A stretch of DNA of 60,671 bases, filler included, from Dugesia japonica (lineage: Eukaryota), in NCBI GenBank assembly GCA_001938525.1. It is 4 parts of 4 records of this genome, joined end to end, with 100 filler letters (N's around TTAATTAATTAA, not from the genome) between each part and the next. Parts side by side here need not be neighbours in the genome. Positions count along the whole stretch, not along the records: positions 9,844 to 21,814 come from MQRL01533017.1; positions 21,915 to 50,161 come from MQRL01638510.1; 2 more parts are not named here. The stretch is one strand, 5' to 3'. Shown here in pieces: positions 14,731 to 27,503 of this stretch. Made by a program: the position numbers and the translations under genes. The notes beneath the pieces are model-generated. The model was given only the letters and a program-made list of their open reading frames with translations, did not search any database and was not told the origin of the DNA. Position 1 is the first letter of the stretch. Every line of letters begins with the position of its first letter.

Positions 14731-17700
14731 TTGAGCACGTATGTATGTGATATGAATGCTTGTGAATGTTTGTTTGATGTAAATAATAAAAATTATAAAA
14801 AATTGAATGATTTAGTTTGCTTGAATGAATGTAAATATTTGTCGATTGATGATTTATTTAACAAAACTNNNNNNNNNNNNNNNNAATATTTTATAGATAA
14901 TATTTTAATTTCTAATGATGTTTCAGTTTTAAATAAGTATTTAAATAATGCAAATTTAATAAATAATTATAAAGATAAGATTGTGTATCATAAAATCTCA
15001 GGAAGATCATGTTAAAAGTTAAAATTAAATAACGCATAAAATATTGATTGTTTACTTGATACTGGCGCTAAGATTAATGTGATTGACCATTCAATATTTT
15101 TAAAATTACTAAAATTAAAAGTGAATATATTAATGTTACTTCTGATAATGAAAGTCAACTAAAAACAATAAAAATTATACTTAATAATCAAACAGAATAT
15201 GTTAAGTTTTATGTTGCAGAAAATATTTCTATCAGTGTTATTGCAGGAATTAACTTTTTTTCTAAATTTAATATCAAATTAAAAATGCTAAATAATATTG
15301 ATAAAATATGGGAAATAAAAACTATGAACTTTAAAAATGAAGTAAATAAAAGTATTAGTGATAAGACCGAACGATTTCCAGAAATTTTTATGAAAGATAA
15401 ATGGAATGTAGGTAAGACAACACTACTAAAACATGAAATTGTTACCCACTGTGGTCCAGTTGTAGTAAATCCTAGGCGACAACATATTCATTTAGAAGAT
15501 AAAATTAATAAGGCTATTTTAGAAATGGAAGAAAAGGGTATAATTAAACTATGGGAATCTGAGTGGAATAGTCCATTAGTTTGTGTTTGGAAGAAAGAGA
15601 AAAAAGACATAGGAATTTGTTTGGATTTTAGATTATTGAATAGTATAACGGAGAGATCACTGTTCCCAATACCAAATATAGGAGAAATGCTTGACATTTT
15701 GAATAGATTTAAATATTTTGCGATCATAGATTTGGGTAATGCATATTACCAGGTAGAACTAGAGGAAAGCTCCAAATACAAAACGCCATTTTCTACAAAG
15801 TTTGGTCAATTTTGTTTCAACCGAGTGCCATTTGGAATAGCTGCAGCACCGGCAACATTTCAAAAATCAATGACAAAAGGTTTAGGACCATTAAATTGGA
15901 AGGAAGCAATTGTTTATCTTGATGATATACTGATATTTTCTAAAACTGAGAAAGAGCATACAAAAAGATTGAAAAATATTTTTAATCAAATCAAAAATTC
16001 AGGTTTGAAATTAAGTTCTGATAAATGTGTATATATGAAAAGTGCGATTAAGTTTCTGGGCAATATAATTTCAAAATATGATTTAAAAACAGATTCATAA
16101 AAGATAAAAGCAATTAAAGAATTTGAACAACCTAAGGGTTTGAAAAAATTTCGTGAATTTTAGGGCTTATAAATTATTACAGAAAGTTTATTAAAGATTA
16201 TTCAAAAACACTCGAGGATATTAGAATGTTTATATGGAAACAATAAAAATTAATTAATTTAATTAGATCCATGTAAACAAAGTTTTTGAAGCTATAAAAT
16301 GAGAATTAATGAAGACTCCTATACTTATTTATTCAGATTTATCAAAAGAATTCATACTAGATAGAGATGCTAGCTTTGACACAATTGATGGAATATTATC
16401 ACAGTTAGATGAACAAGGCAATGAACGGATTGTAACTTATGGATCAAAAGCAATGAGTAAGCATGAATTAGGTTATTGTATAACCAGAAAAGATCTTCTA
16501 GTAATATATTATTTTACGGAACATGATAAACACTATTTATACATGGAAAGATTTAAACTTCGAATTGATCACAAAGCCATAACGTTTATGATTAATACAA
16601 AAAAATCGATTACTTCACAATTCCAGACATGGATCAATTATTTAAGTAGTTTGGATTTGATTATGGAATACAGAAAAGCAGAATGTCATTTAAATGCTGA
16701 CGCAATATCAAGGAATAATTGCGACACGTGTATTCAAAGTCAAATGAATCACGAGAATGCTAAAAAAGGGAAAATTAAAAATTGAGCTTAAAACAAATGG
16801 TAATAAATGGCAAGAAAATTCTGAAGAAATTAATATTATAAAAGGTAACTTAAAAATGGTGAAATGAATTCAAATTTTAAGTTTTTAAATGGTATCATAA
16901 TGACAAATAATAATAAAATTTTGATTCTTTTAGAATGCAGAAAATTATTTGTAAGAAATGAACACGAATCATTATTTCATATAGGGTATCGAAAAATGGC
17001 ACTTCATATAAGAAAAAATTATGATATGGAAGGTTTAGAAGAAATGGTAAAAGAGGTTACTCTAAGTTGTAAAAATTGTCAATTAAGAAAAACACAGACA
17101 ACTCAAACAACAGAAAAATTTATTAGTATTCCAGTTGATGACATCTTTGAAATCATTCATATTGATTTATGTGGTCCTTTTAAGAAAACATTATATGGAA
17201 AACAATACATTTTAGCTATAATTGATAAATTCAGTAGATTTATATCTCTTAATGCAGTTTCACATCAAGATGAAAATAAGACTGTTAAAATATTAAAAAA
17301 TAATTGGATTTTGAAATATGGGGCACCGATAATAATACATACAGATCGTGGAAAATCATTTGAATCAAATCTATTCGAACAATTACCTAAGGAATTTAAT
17401 TGTGAAATCCAATACTCTAGTCTATATCATCATAGTAGTAATGGAATCATTGAAAGATAATTTCGAACTATAAGAGATACAATTCATATTAGCTTACAGG
17501 ATAAGAGAAAGCAGGATTGGGCTGATATTTTACCAGAAATAGAATTTATATTGAACACCACAATTCAGAGAACGACGAATGTAGTTCCAACTGAAATAGT
17601 TTTTGGGAAAAATTTACACAAAGAATGAATTGTTAGGAATGATAAAAACAATGCAAATGAAAGAAATCTAAAGCGTGAAAGAATAATAAAGAATTTATAT

Positions 17701-17928
17701 AACTATGAAAGTTCCAAAAATTTAGAAATAAATAATACAGTTAAAAATTTTAATATTGGTGACGAAGTTTTAATTAATAGAGAAAGTCCACATAAAAATG
17801 AAAACATATATGAAGGACCAGCAATAATTATAGAGAAAATACATGATAGAAATTTTAAATTAGAACTTACTAATGGTAAAAAAATAATAAGAAATATTGA
17901 ATGGTTAAAACACTTTAAAAGGGGGGAA
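14731..17928 (+). pseudogene. pol: pol of Gypsy 2 (protease, RT, RNase H, integrase)
   Basis: ORFs 15285-16100 (RT), 16309-16785 (RNase H), 16864-17460 (integrase) plus C-terminal YEGP motif. Confidence 0.92.
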
Positions 17929-18136
17929 TGTGAGATATGACTAATAATATAATATTTCATATTGGCCTTTATATAAGTAAATCAACATATGTATGTGAAA
18001 ATAGTTGAATGCATGATTGACTGTTTGAATTTGAGTATGATTTTAGTGCTCAGACATTATTGCATAACTGATTCATCAAAAGCTATATATATTTGTTACA
18101 GTGTCATTTTGTTTTAGAATATATATTTTATGCTTA
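17929..18136 (+). repeat. 3' LTR of Gypsy 2 (truncated by gap)
   Basis: Near-identical to 13475-13683. Confidence 0.92.
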
Positions 18137-18300
18137 NNNNNNNNNNNNNNNNNNNNNNNNNNNNNNNNNNNNNNNNNNNNNNNNNNNNNNNNNNNNNNNN
18201 NNNNNNNNNNNNNNNNNNNNNAATAATAATAATAAATAATTTATTCAATATTTATTTATTTAAAAGATAATGCAAGATTAATTAATAATTTAAAAATGAC

Positions 18301-18472
18301 CTTTGTCATATTATGAGTAATAAATCTTCCAGGATCATCTTTAGTTTGGATATAATTTATCTGGTTGGCTACAAAACCTGTTCTTTCTTTATCCCCAACT
18401 TTAACTCTACCCAGTACTTCTTCTTCTGTTGGTGGTTTGCTTAATGGATCTGTATATATTCCATGAGTAATT
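18301..18472 (-). CDS. PPP1R32: Internal exon of a PPP1R32/SAXO4 (IIIG9)-like ciliary microtubule protein
   Basis: AG/GT-bounded 172-bp exon: ITHGIYTDPLSKPPTEEEVLGRVKVGDKERTGFVANQINYIQTKDDPGRFITHNMTK, resembling the LGRESVGKKEPTGF..N..Y....DP...Y.T segment recalled for vertebrate PPP1R32. Confidence 0.6.
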
Positions 18473-18784
18473 CTGAAATGAAGAACAATTTAATAAAATT
18501 TATATTTTTCTAGATGTATAATCAAAAATTTAAAATAGATTTTAAATGAGCAAATATTTTCATAAGTACATAAAAAAAATTATTTTTTGAATTTGGTTTT
18601 ATAAATTTAGTTTTGTGATTTATCAATTAAGTTTTGTAAAATAAATGTTGGTTTTGAATTTTAGTTTTTGAAATTTACTTATGAAATTTGAAATTTCAAT
18701 TTTAGTTTGGAAAATTTATTTTTAATTTTTTGAAACATAATATCATGATGATCTCCGCGCAGACTTTAGTCTCAAAACCTTTCC

Positions 18785-18988
18785 AAACTAACTGATAACT
18801 CTAAATAGTATGACTCATACTATTAAAAAGTATTAGCAAAAAAGATTTCTTTTTTGAATTTTCATTAAATTTGGTCATACTATTTGGATTTATAATATTA
18901 TAGCAAATATTATAACAATGGTCACACTATTTATTAATATAACTATTGAAAAGAAATTGTCATACTATAAGGAGTTATCCGTTAGTTT
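18785..18988. mobile_element. MITE with ~30-bp imperfect TIRs
   Basis: AAACTAACTGATAACTCTAAATAGTATGAC ... GTCATACTATAAGGAGTTATCCGTTAGTTT; internal (G)TCA(T/C)ACTAT repeats. Confidence 0.6.
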
Positions 18989-19089
18989 ATCAACATTCGA
19001 TTTTCAACAATAAATCTTTATAAATTGCTATGTAAATTAATTAAATATTGTTGAATGTTTTAATGTAATTAGTGTATAATACTTATAAA

Positions 19090-20421
19090 TATTTGTTTAT
19101 ATTTTTGTTGGGCTTTGAGGTTTTTGATCTCATGTCATTTTCTTGTGGACAATGTCTCCTTGTTATTCTTCTGTTCTTCCTTTATTATGTTACTATCTCG
19201 AGATATTCAAGGGGTAGATACGCTGAAGCCAGCAGAATTTTGACAATGCTTCGTGCATTGTTCCATCTTCCCCGAGTCCATGCTGGACTATGTGTAATTC
19301 AGTCTTAATATTTCAATTGCTTTTTGGCTACAGTTTTTCTCTTTCTGTTTTGATTATTATTATTTCCTGTAATTTAACTTTTGAAAGGAAACTAGTGAGA
19401 CCACTTTAAAATTTAAAGATTTATTCGCACAAAAATGTAATCGTTAGCTGTCCAAATCAATGATCTCCTTGATGCCTTTGTTCACAGCATCTTTGTCCGA
19501 TTTAGATGTTTGGCTTAATGTTCTATCTGTTGCAATTTATACGCTCTCTTTGTCGGCGTAGAACCTAATAATGTTCGCCATTATCCTACTCATGTGTAAG
19601 AGTGCTAATCCCGCTCTTTTAGTTTGCAATCACACTCCCAGAGAAGGATGTTCTTGCGCTGGAGCTCCCCGATCTTACTCTGCAACTTCTTGTGCACAAA
19701 GCATCATTTTTCCGGAAATCTGATACTCTTTAAACTAGACACTAAATGATTAAAGTCAATCATGACAACACAATTTGGAGAAATTAATATTAATAAAGAA
19801 ATTATATATTATTGAATCTTTAATTAGATTTGAATTTATTTGAATGAGTTAAAACTGAGCTGATAAGTTAACAGAACAGCTTTATTGGTATTAAAACACG
19901 AATTTTAATTAAACTGAAGTTTTGTTGATACCATCACTATCATCTAATGCCTGAAATATTTGTTTGAGTAACTTCTGGATTTTCCCGGATAACCTTTCTG
20001 CATGTTTAACAAAATCTCCAGAGTTTTGATGTATAGATCTCCTTTTGCGTTTAAAATGACTTTATTGTTGCACGGGTTCGTTAGTATCCATCAGTAGCTT
20101 TCTCCGTTCTTTTTCTCACTTTTTATGGCCTTAACGAGTTGTTGTTTATACTGCCATTCCTGTTGGTCGATTCGTTCTTGTAGACTGTCAAGTCGAGCCA
20201 GGTTCTCTGAGTGTTTTTGCTCTAGAATTGATATCTTTTCTTTGAAAGCTTTTATCTCCAACTCCTTTTGACGGAGAGGATCCAGTTTGATCGGTATATT
20301 TACTATCGAGCCTCAGAAAATCGCACAAATCTGGTATATTATTCAGATATTTTGTTCTGAACGACCATTTTTCCTGTTCTAATGATTTCTCGGCTTCTGT
20401 CAACCTGATGCAGCGTGACAT
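19090..20421 (-). pseudogene. Degenerate coding blocks of an unknown repeated protein family
   Basis: RIMANIIRFYADKESV*IATDRTL and EALSKFCWLQRIYP...IKNLKAQQ match RMMSDIIKSYANHEAAVLANVKTL and ASHKFLWLLGIIP...IKSLVTQQ at 57960-58460 in the same order and strand. Confidence 0.55.
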
Positions 20422-20940
20422 CTAGATAGTATTGGTTAATTACAATCCTCAATTCAATATATCACTATATTCATTTCGTATGCTGCAATTCGTTTTAGTG
20501 TTAGATATCCTTTGTATAGAGCAATCAATTTAAACTGAGATAATTTAGGAAGATAATTAAAACTTTACTGATTTTTCAGTGAAACTGTTATTCAGCAGAA
20601 AATTGATCACTATTCATCACTAGCTGAGTCGGAGGCTCAACCAATTTCCACTGTAGAAAGTACTAGTTAAATTTAAATCTTTAACCTTTACGGTTGATGA
20701 AACCCCGACTTCACTGGGATAACGAATGATCCTCCTGACCTAGCAACTTACTGTTAGTAATAATCACGATTAAACAATCAATTTAGCACGATAAAAATAT
20801 CGTTATTAAAATAAATGATCATATTAACACATGTATATCAATAGTAATTAAATAATTGCGAATAGCACAGACCTTAATAATTTGATGCAAAAACTCTTAA
20901 TCCACAGATAATATTTAAAAATACTAGTCAAAGATCATAT

Positions 20941-21814
20941 TGTTGGGATGAAACAGCCCAGTTATTGAAACTTATGTTTTAAATAAAAATGAACTAACAA
21001 AGAGAAGAGATAATATCGCCAAGTAGAAATGAAGTAATAGAGAAAATAGGAGTAGTAAAAGAGATGATAAGGAATAAAATACCGGAACAATTTCATTAAA
21101 AGGATAAATTAAATGGAAATAGAATTAAATTAATGAGAAACAGAATCAAATCAAAATAGTTAGAATAAGGAGAATTAATAAACAATGCTCGGAAAGATAA
21201 AGAATCATTAAAAGCGCTCAAGAAGATAACGAATCCGACGAATTTCTTAAATGATAAATTCGGAGATAAATGAATAATGTTAAATTAATATCAGAATAAA
21301 TGAATATCAGTGAATTAATTATGGATACGTAATAACAGGAATGTTGAAGAAATATAACTCAATACAAATTGCTCAAGAAATGATAATCCACGATGTAGTG
21401 CTCAAAGAAGATAATAATCAAAGAATTAAAGCATAAATTCTCAAATGATAAAGGTAGAAATAAAGAAATAATAATTAAATAAACTACAGTTCACGAAATA
21501 AAAAGAAAATAGAATTAAAATATGAATTATGCCAAAAAAGATAAAGAGAGATATACGACGAAATAAAATCCAAAAGCTTCGGAATATGCGATATATTATT
21601 ATGTATAATTATATGAATGTTATAAAAGTATAAATATATAAAAAAGATAGTTAAAATATAATAAAATAATTATTTCATAAAATAAGATTAAAACAAAAGC
21701 AAGTTATTTGATTAAAGTCGAACGAGTTCACGAGAAAATGGGTAAGACGTAAATTAATATTATCATTATAGAAAGAATGGTATTAGAATTATTGTAATGT
21801 TGATATAAACATTT
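20941..21814 (+). mobile_element. 5' fragment of TGTTGG-terminated element family
   Basis: Starts TGTTGGGATGAAACA (cf. TGTTGGGGTGAAACA at 46573) followed by a long A-rich tract. Confidence 0.35.
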
Positions 21815-21914
21815 NNNNNNNNNNNNNNNNNNNNNNNNNNNNNNNNNNNNNNNNNNNNTTAATTAATTAANNNNNNNNNNNNNNNNNNNNNNNNNNNNNN
21901 NNNNNNNNNNNNNN
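21815..21914. other. Artificial scaffold-joining spacer
   Basis: 44 N + TTAATTAATTAA + 44 N. Confidence 0.9.
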
Positions 21915-22233
21915 ATCGAGAAATATATATTCAAGATTTTACAAAGGATAATTATGCCACAACATATATGCAATCTATAGTAAGAAATATGAGAAATTTG
22001 TATAAGAATATGAATTGTGGAATAACACTTCAAGATTTTAAGGATAATTATCACTTTTTTACATTTGTTCTTGCTCCAGATGTTGATATAAATCAGAGTC
22101 AATTACCTCAACATGGAAATGTGAGATTGAATTTGAGTTTGTCAAAGCTTTAACAACATCGGCATATGTTATAGTTTATAGAGTATTTGCAAAAGAAATC
22201 GAGATTAAAGAAAACGGAACAGTATTGGTTTAA
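21915..22233 (+). pseudogene. C-terminus of Polinton/Maverick major capsid protein (PY/hexon, group I-like)
   Basis: QDFTKDNYATTY...NCGITLQDFKDNYHFFTFVLAPD...HGNVRL/FEFVKALTTSAYVIVY..F..EIEIKENGTV* matches the Maverick MCP C-terminal pattern (I...F..GY.LFAFDLTPD...GN.RL..F...L....IVY..F...IEI); one frameshift. Confidence 0.8.
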
Positions 22234-22339
22234 AAATTGCAATAAAGTAAGAGTTATTGTTTAACTTATTAATTCTATTCAGACTGAACGGAGTGTATCG
22301 ATGTTACTTGGATCAGCATATTTCAGTAAAAAGTGCCTT

Positions 22340-22400
22340 AAATGTCAATACTCATACACCAAATCTATTTGGAGAACACTAGATAGTGGATTACAATAAA
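22340..22400 (+). pseudogene. Fragment of adenain-like Maverick protease
   Basis: VNTHTPNLFGEH*IV resembles VNTD....PGEHW, directly downstream of the MCP as in Mavericks. Confidence 0.45.
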
Positions 22401-22599
22401 AGAAGCAACATTACATATGAAATATTTATTTGCATGTATTTGTATTAAACAAAATATATGTTTTATTAACAAAATGTCTTGTTAATTTTTTCTTTTTAAC
22501 AATACTAAGAAACAAAAGTACTCTATTTATTAAACTTGTTATTATTTCATATAATTTATTAATTTTTTAAACATGTCATGAACAAAAATTTGGCATGAC

Positions 22600-24770
22600 G
22601 CAAGCATGCACTTTACATAACATGAGCATGCATTTACATTAATACCTCATATTACATGGTTAATATGTAAATAAACCCTATATTACAAGGTAACTATGTA
22701 AAAAATACACTTATAAACCATATACAGTTATAAAACTATTTACTTATAAGTTTATTTTATAAAAATAATGCAAGAAAGAAACAAAATTATTCAAATCTAT
22801 TTATTAAACAATAAAACAAAATAATTACATCAATTCCGATCAAACAAATAAAATAATAAAGCTGATGTCAAAAAAATTACAACAANNNNNNNNNNNNNNN
22901 NNNNNNNNNNNNNNNNNNNNNNNNNNNNNNNNNNNNNNNNNNNATGGACAATGAGTTCAACATATTCATGTTTTCTCAATAGACCATTGTCGATTCTGCT
23001 TAGAAATTGAATGTTATCAACGAATACACTGGTAATTTCATCTGCCAATTTTTTAATTTCTCTTTCAACTTGATTCATTTATACAATGGATTCACTGGTA
23101 ATGGCATCTGTAATTTGTTTAATTCCTCTTTCGACTTGGTTCATTTTGATAATAACTTTGAATTGTAAAAGTGACTTATATATGAAACCTGATGTTTACA
23201 TACTTGATGTGATACAGATTTACTCGTTATTTGTTAGTTTTTATTGGTCATTAGATGTTTTAAAGAAAATGAANNNNNNNNNNNNNNNNNNNNNNNNNNN
23301 NNNNNNNNNNNNNNNNNNNNNNNNNNNNNNNNNNNNNNNNNNNNNNNNNNNNNNNNNNNNNNNNNNNNNNNNNNNNNNNNNNNNNNNNNNNNNNNNNNNN
23401 NNNNNNNNNNNNNNNNNNNNNNNNNNNNNNNNNNNNNNNNNNNNNNNNNNNNNNNNNNNNNNTTATAATACATGGTTGCTATGTAAGTAATTTACTTATA
23501 AACCCCATATACTCATTAACCCTATACAATCATAACAATATTTTCGTATATGTTTTTATATAGACTTATTAGTTATATATGTAAAGGTTCCATGAATTTA
23601 TGATTTTTATGAAAAAATGTNNNNNNNNNNNNNNNNNNNNNNNNNNNNNNNNNNNNNNNNNNNNNNNNNNATACTTGATGTGATACAGATTTACTCGTTA
23701 TTTGTTAGTTTTTATTGGTCATTAGATGTTTTAAAGAAAATGAATGGTTATTAGTAATTTTAATTTATATGAATGGAAGTAATTTGTTTTAAATGATATG
23801 ATTTGTTATCTCAAATATTCATGACGCTGACATGCATTTTGCATGGTGACCTATTATTACAAGGTTAATATGTAAATAATATACTCATAAACCCTAAATT
23901 ACAAGGTTGCTATGTAAATAATACACTCAATCNTTATAATACATGGTTGCTATGTAAGTAATTTACTTATAAACCCCATATACTCATTAACCCTATACAA
24001 TCATAACAATATTTTCGTATATGTTTTTATATAGACTTATTAGTTATATATGTAAAGGTTCCATGAATTTATGATTTTTATGAAAAAATGTGCTATGTTT
24101 TTATCATCTTGTATATAAATGTTCTCAGGTAATATGTTTTTTTAAACATTGCATCACCAATCAGATTTTTAATAAAATTTGCTACACTAATGAGACTTTT
24201 TATTAAAAGTTGCATCACTAATATGTTTTTTATAGAAAATTGTTACTCGTAATATTTTTTTTATAGAAAGTTACCTCGCTAATATATTTTTATGAAATAA
24301 AGTTCTATGGTTTCATCACCTTGTAAAGAAAAGTTTTTATTTGAATATTTTATCATGTAAATATCATATCTGAACTTTTTTGATAAATATATTTTAACAT
24401 GTAAATATCACAAAGACTCCCCACTTTGAATATTTTATCAAGTTAATTTTAGACTGCTCAATATGTTGCAATAATGAATGTAGTATGGATGCAATACGTC
24501 AACACGTGCCTGGTTTTTTTTGATGTTTTAAAAAAATAAATGCATAAAGTATTCAACTTAGATGCCACGAGAATGCCGCACACATAAACTGAAAATTACG
24601 TGCCCATAAATTTTAGACTGTCCCATCCCTTGCAAAACATCAAGACTGTCCCATCGAAAGCAAATATATTTTTATAAAATCATAATGCCTCAACCTCTTA
24701 AAAATATCAAGACTGACCCATTTACTATAAAATATCAAGACTGCTTATATCATGCAATAATATAATAAAC
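22600..24770. repeat. Arrays of degenerate tandem repeats
   Basis: ACA(A/T)GGTT..TATGTAA units (22650-22700, 23855-23960); ~30-bp units x5-6 (24130-24290); AGACTG-CCCAT-type units (24410-24750). Confidence 0.6.
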
Positions 24771-25005
24771 TAAGTATAATTATTACTATTTAGATTGAGA
24801 AGCTGAAATTTTAATGGAAAATTTATTTGAAACTTAAGTGATTTATGGGACCCTTAGGGATTTGAAACGTAAGAGGAGGAATTTTTTAAGACTCTCTNGG
24901 ATTTCTCCTCTTCGAAACTCCTCCTACCTCTTTAAATCCTCCTAACTCTTAAATTGAGAGGAGAAGAGGAATTGAATTACTTTTTTCAAATTACAAGTAA
25001 ATAAA

Positions 25006-25590
25006 ATGTCTTCAATAACAGAACAAGAATTAATTGATTTGATAAATTTAAATAAAAGTAAATCTGTAAAAATTAATGGTAAAAACTATTGGATTGGTAA
25101 ACAAGTTAAAGAAGAAATAAAAAAAAACTAGGAAAAAAACATGAAGGTGGATTTACTTTTCTAGCTCCAATACCAGCTATAATTGCTGGTTTAGCTTCTA
25201 CAGCTAAAATTGCGACTGAAATAGCATCAACTGTTAATAGTTCAAGAGATGCAATCAAAAAACAAAAAGAAACTGAATTAGTTGAATTACAGAAAAAGGA
25301 ACTTCGTGACAAAATGGATTAAAAAAGTAAAATTAAAAAAGAAGAATTCGCTAACTCTCGAGGCCAGAGGGAACTTCATGATAATAAAACTAGTTCTGGT
25401 TCTAAGTTTTATCTAAAACCTTATCAAGAAAGTGTAATTCATAAATAATTTAAAAATAGATTACCAAACTCAAAGTTGAAAATGATTACTAAAAACTTTA
25501 AAAATGGAATTCAAGTTAAAGTTAAAGATGATGGTTTGTATTTAAAACCTTATGAAAGTTCTCATAATAATCCTTTTAAAACTGGACACT
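25006..25590 (+). pseudogene. Polinton GGF/GLYLKPY-motif protein (putative core/pX-like)
   Basis: KHEGGFTFLAPIPAIIAGLASTAKIATEIASTVN..., then SGSKFYLKPY and DDGLYLKPY; frameshift in an A-run at ~25120. Confidence 0.7.
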
Positions 25591-26424
25591 GAACAATTAA
25601 CAGAAAGAATAAAACTTTTGAAAGAATTAATTAAAGCTCAAGATGATTATGATAATGTATTTACTACATGAGTAATTGAATCAAGAACTTTACAAGATAC
25701 TTTAACTAATCAACAACTACCTACTATTAAAGCAATTGAAAATTTAAATCCCAAAGGATTCCAAACAAAACCTACAAACCTTTTTAAAAATAGAATACCA
25801 TTCTTTTCAAGTACTATTATAAATACTGAATTTTTAAAATCTCCAACAAATAAACCTATATTTGAAACAGAAGTTATTGATAATAAAAACTTTCAAAAAA
25901 TAATTTATCCTAATCTTAAAGGATCACAAACAGTTTTATATTTATTTGAAGAAAATTGAAAGAAATACTTTTTAAAAAACCAAGAATTAATTCCTGATTC
26001 TGAAGAAGTAATGAATTTAATTTTAGGAAATGGAAGTAATGATCCAGAAGGAAAAGATATTTATTTAAATAAATTTAATATTACAGTTCATCCTAGTTCT
26101 AAATATTACAGATTTTTAACCGAGAAAAAGACTCCTTCCAGTCGTGAGCGCGAGAGAACATCAAAAATTCCAAAGCTTAAAAAATGTGTTGATAGTGAAA
26201 AAGAAATCCCAAATGGTCCCATCTAAGAAGATATTATTAAAGGTGATGGTTTAAATACAGATAATATATCTTTATTTGAAAGATTAATACTACTAATTTC
26301 AGGTGTAAAAGCTGGTCATAATAATTTACACAAAGAAATTAAATCTGTTTGTAAAGAATTATTAAGCCAAGAGTTAATTACTAAAGAAAAATATAATGTT
26401 TATAAAAATAAATATTTTATATAA
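25580..26424 (+). pseudogene. Conserved group II Polinton protein with C-terminal RL.LL...AG(H/N)N...EI...EL motif
   Basis: Ends GDGL...SLFERLILLISGVKAGHNNLHKEIKSVCKELLSQELIT; in-frame stops. Confidence 0.7.
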
Positions 26425-26429
26425 ATAAA

Positions 26430-27095
26430 ATGTCTCATCAATTTTTAGTTGTTGGTTAAGAGTCTGATTTAAAAGTTGATTAAAGATTTCCAATAAAATT
26501 AGATACAGAATATGAAATAGCTTTATTATCTTTTAGTTGTTATAATATAATTTTTAATGTTACTAATAAAAATAATACTTTCTACTGTAATGATAAATTA
26601 ATAACCATAGAACCAGGTGCTTATGAAATTAAAGAAATCTCTACTAAATTAAAAGATCATGGAATTAAATCTGTTTCTGATCTTTCAACAACAAAATGGA
26701 CTTTAACAACAAAACATAAAATAAAATTTAATAACAAATCTTTTTTTCATACTATTTTAGGTTTTTCACCGAAAGGCCCAGAGGGTTTCCAGTATTCACC
26801 AGGAAAATATTATTCAGAAAATAAAGTTGATATTCTAAACATTAATATGATAACTTGTCATTTAGTTAAAGGTAATTATATCAATAGTTCTCCAATGAAT
26901 TTATTATATTCTTTCCCAGTAAATACTTTTGGTTTTGGTTTTAAAATTATAGAAAGACCTTAAACTCCTATTTATTCAAGATTAAACTCCAAATGTATTG
27001 ATTCTTTAATATTTAATATTATAGATGAAAATAATAATACAATAGATTTTGATGGAGAAACTATTTCTTTATTAGTCCATATTATTAGTTTATAT
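26430..27095 (+). pseudogene. Polinton minor capsid protein (penton)
   Basis: PIKLDTEYEIALLSFSCYN..FNVTNKNNTF...IEPGAYEI...ILGF...CHLVKGNY...GFKIIERP...IIDENNNTIDFDGETISLLVHI. Confidence 0.85.
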
Positions 27096-27115
27096 AAATT
27101 ATACAATCGGACCCT

Positions 27116-27497
27116 ATGGAGTATTAGATTTTTTAAAAACTTTTGGTATAAATACTAAAACTAATTTTAATTTGTATTCTATTGCAGGTTTTTTAAATTT
27201 AGAATTAGAAGTAAATAATGAAAGATNNNNNNNNNNNNNNNNNNNNNNNGTCGTCAATTCCAATAATTATTAATTATCAAAATACAAATCAAAAAGGAAC
27301 TCATTGGGTTACTTTTTACCAATTTAGAAATTTAGAAATTTAAAAACATGTAAGTGTATAAAACAAAATTCAAGCTCAAACTTTTGGAACTAGTATTTGT
27401 GGAATTTTGTGTTTATATTTTTTATATTCACTTTCATTCCCCACAGAGTTTTGATGAAATTATTGAATTATATGATACCTTTAAAGAATTACTTTAG
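27116..27497 (+). pseudogene. Adenain-like cysteine protease (internally deleted)
   Basis: IIINYQNTNQKGTHWV and Q....TSICGILCLYFL; the intervening YFDS.G motif is missing. Confidence 0.8.
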
Positions 27498-27503
27498 TAT
27501 AAA

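Larger units (their letters stand above)
13475..18136 (+). mobile_element. Ty3/Gypsy LTR retrotransposon 2, near full length, with stops and frameshifts
   Basis: 5' LTR 13475-13703; 3' LTR from 17929 into gap; PPT AAAAGGGGGGAA; gag with two CCHC knuckles; protease LLDTGA (~15055); RT YLDD; RNase H; integrase HHCC and D,D,E region. Confidence 0.96.

Noticed and set aside
21915-22233. Treating this MCP as the capsid gene of the 25-34 kb element
   Set aside because: It resembles group I MCP, has its own downstream protease fragment and is separated by 2.7 kb of repeats
23190-24090. Exact duplications 23190-23273/23671-23744 and 23464-23620/23934-24090
   Set aside because: Flank N gaps; most likely unmerged contig overlaps
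24130-24770. CRISPR-like appearance of spaced repeats
   Set aside because: Degenerate tandem units, no unique constant-length spacers, no cas genes, eukaryotic context
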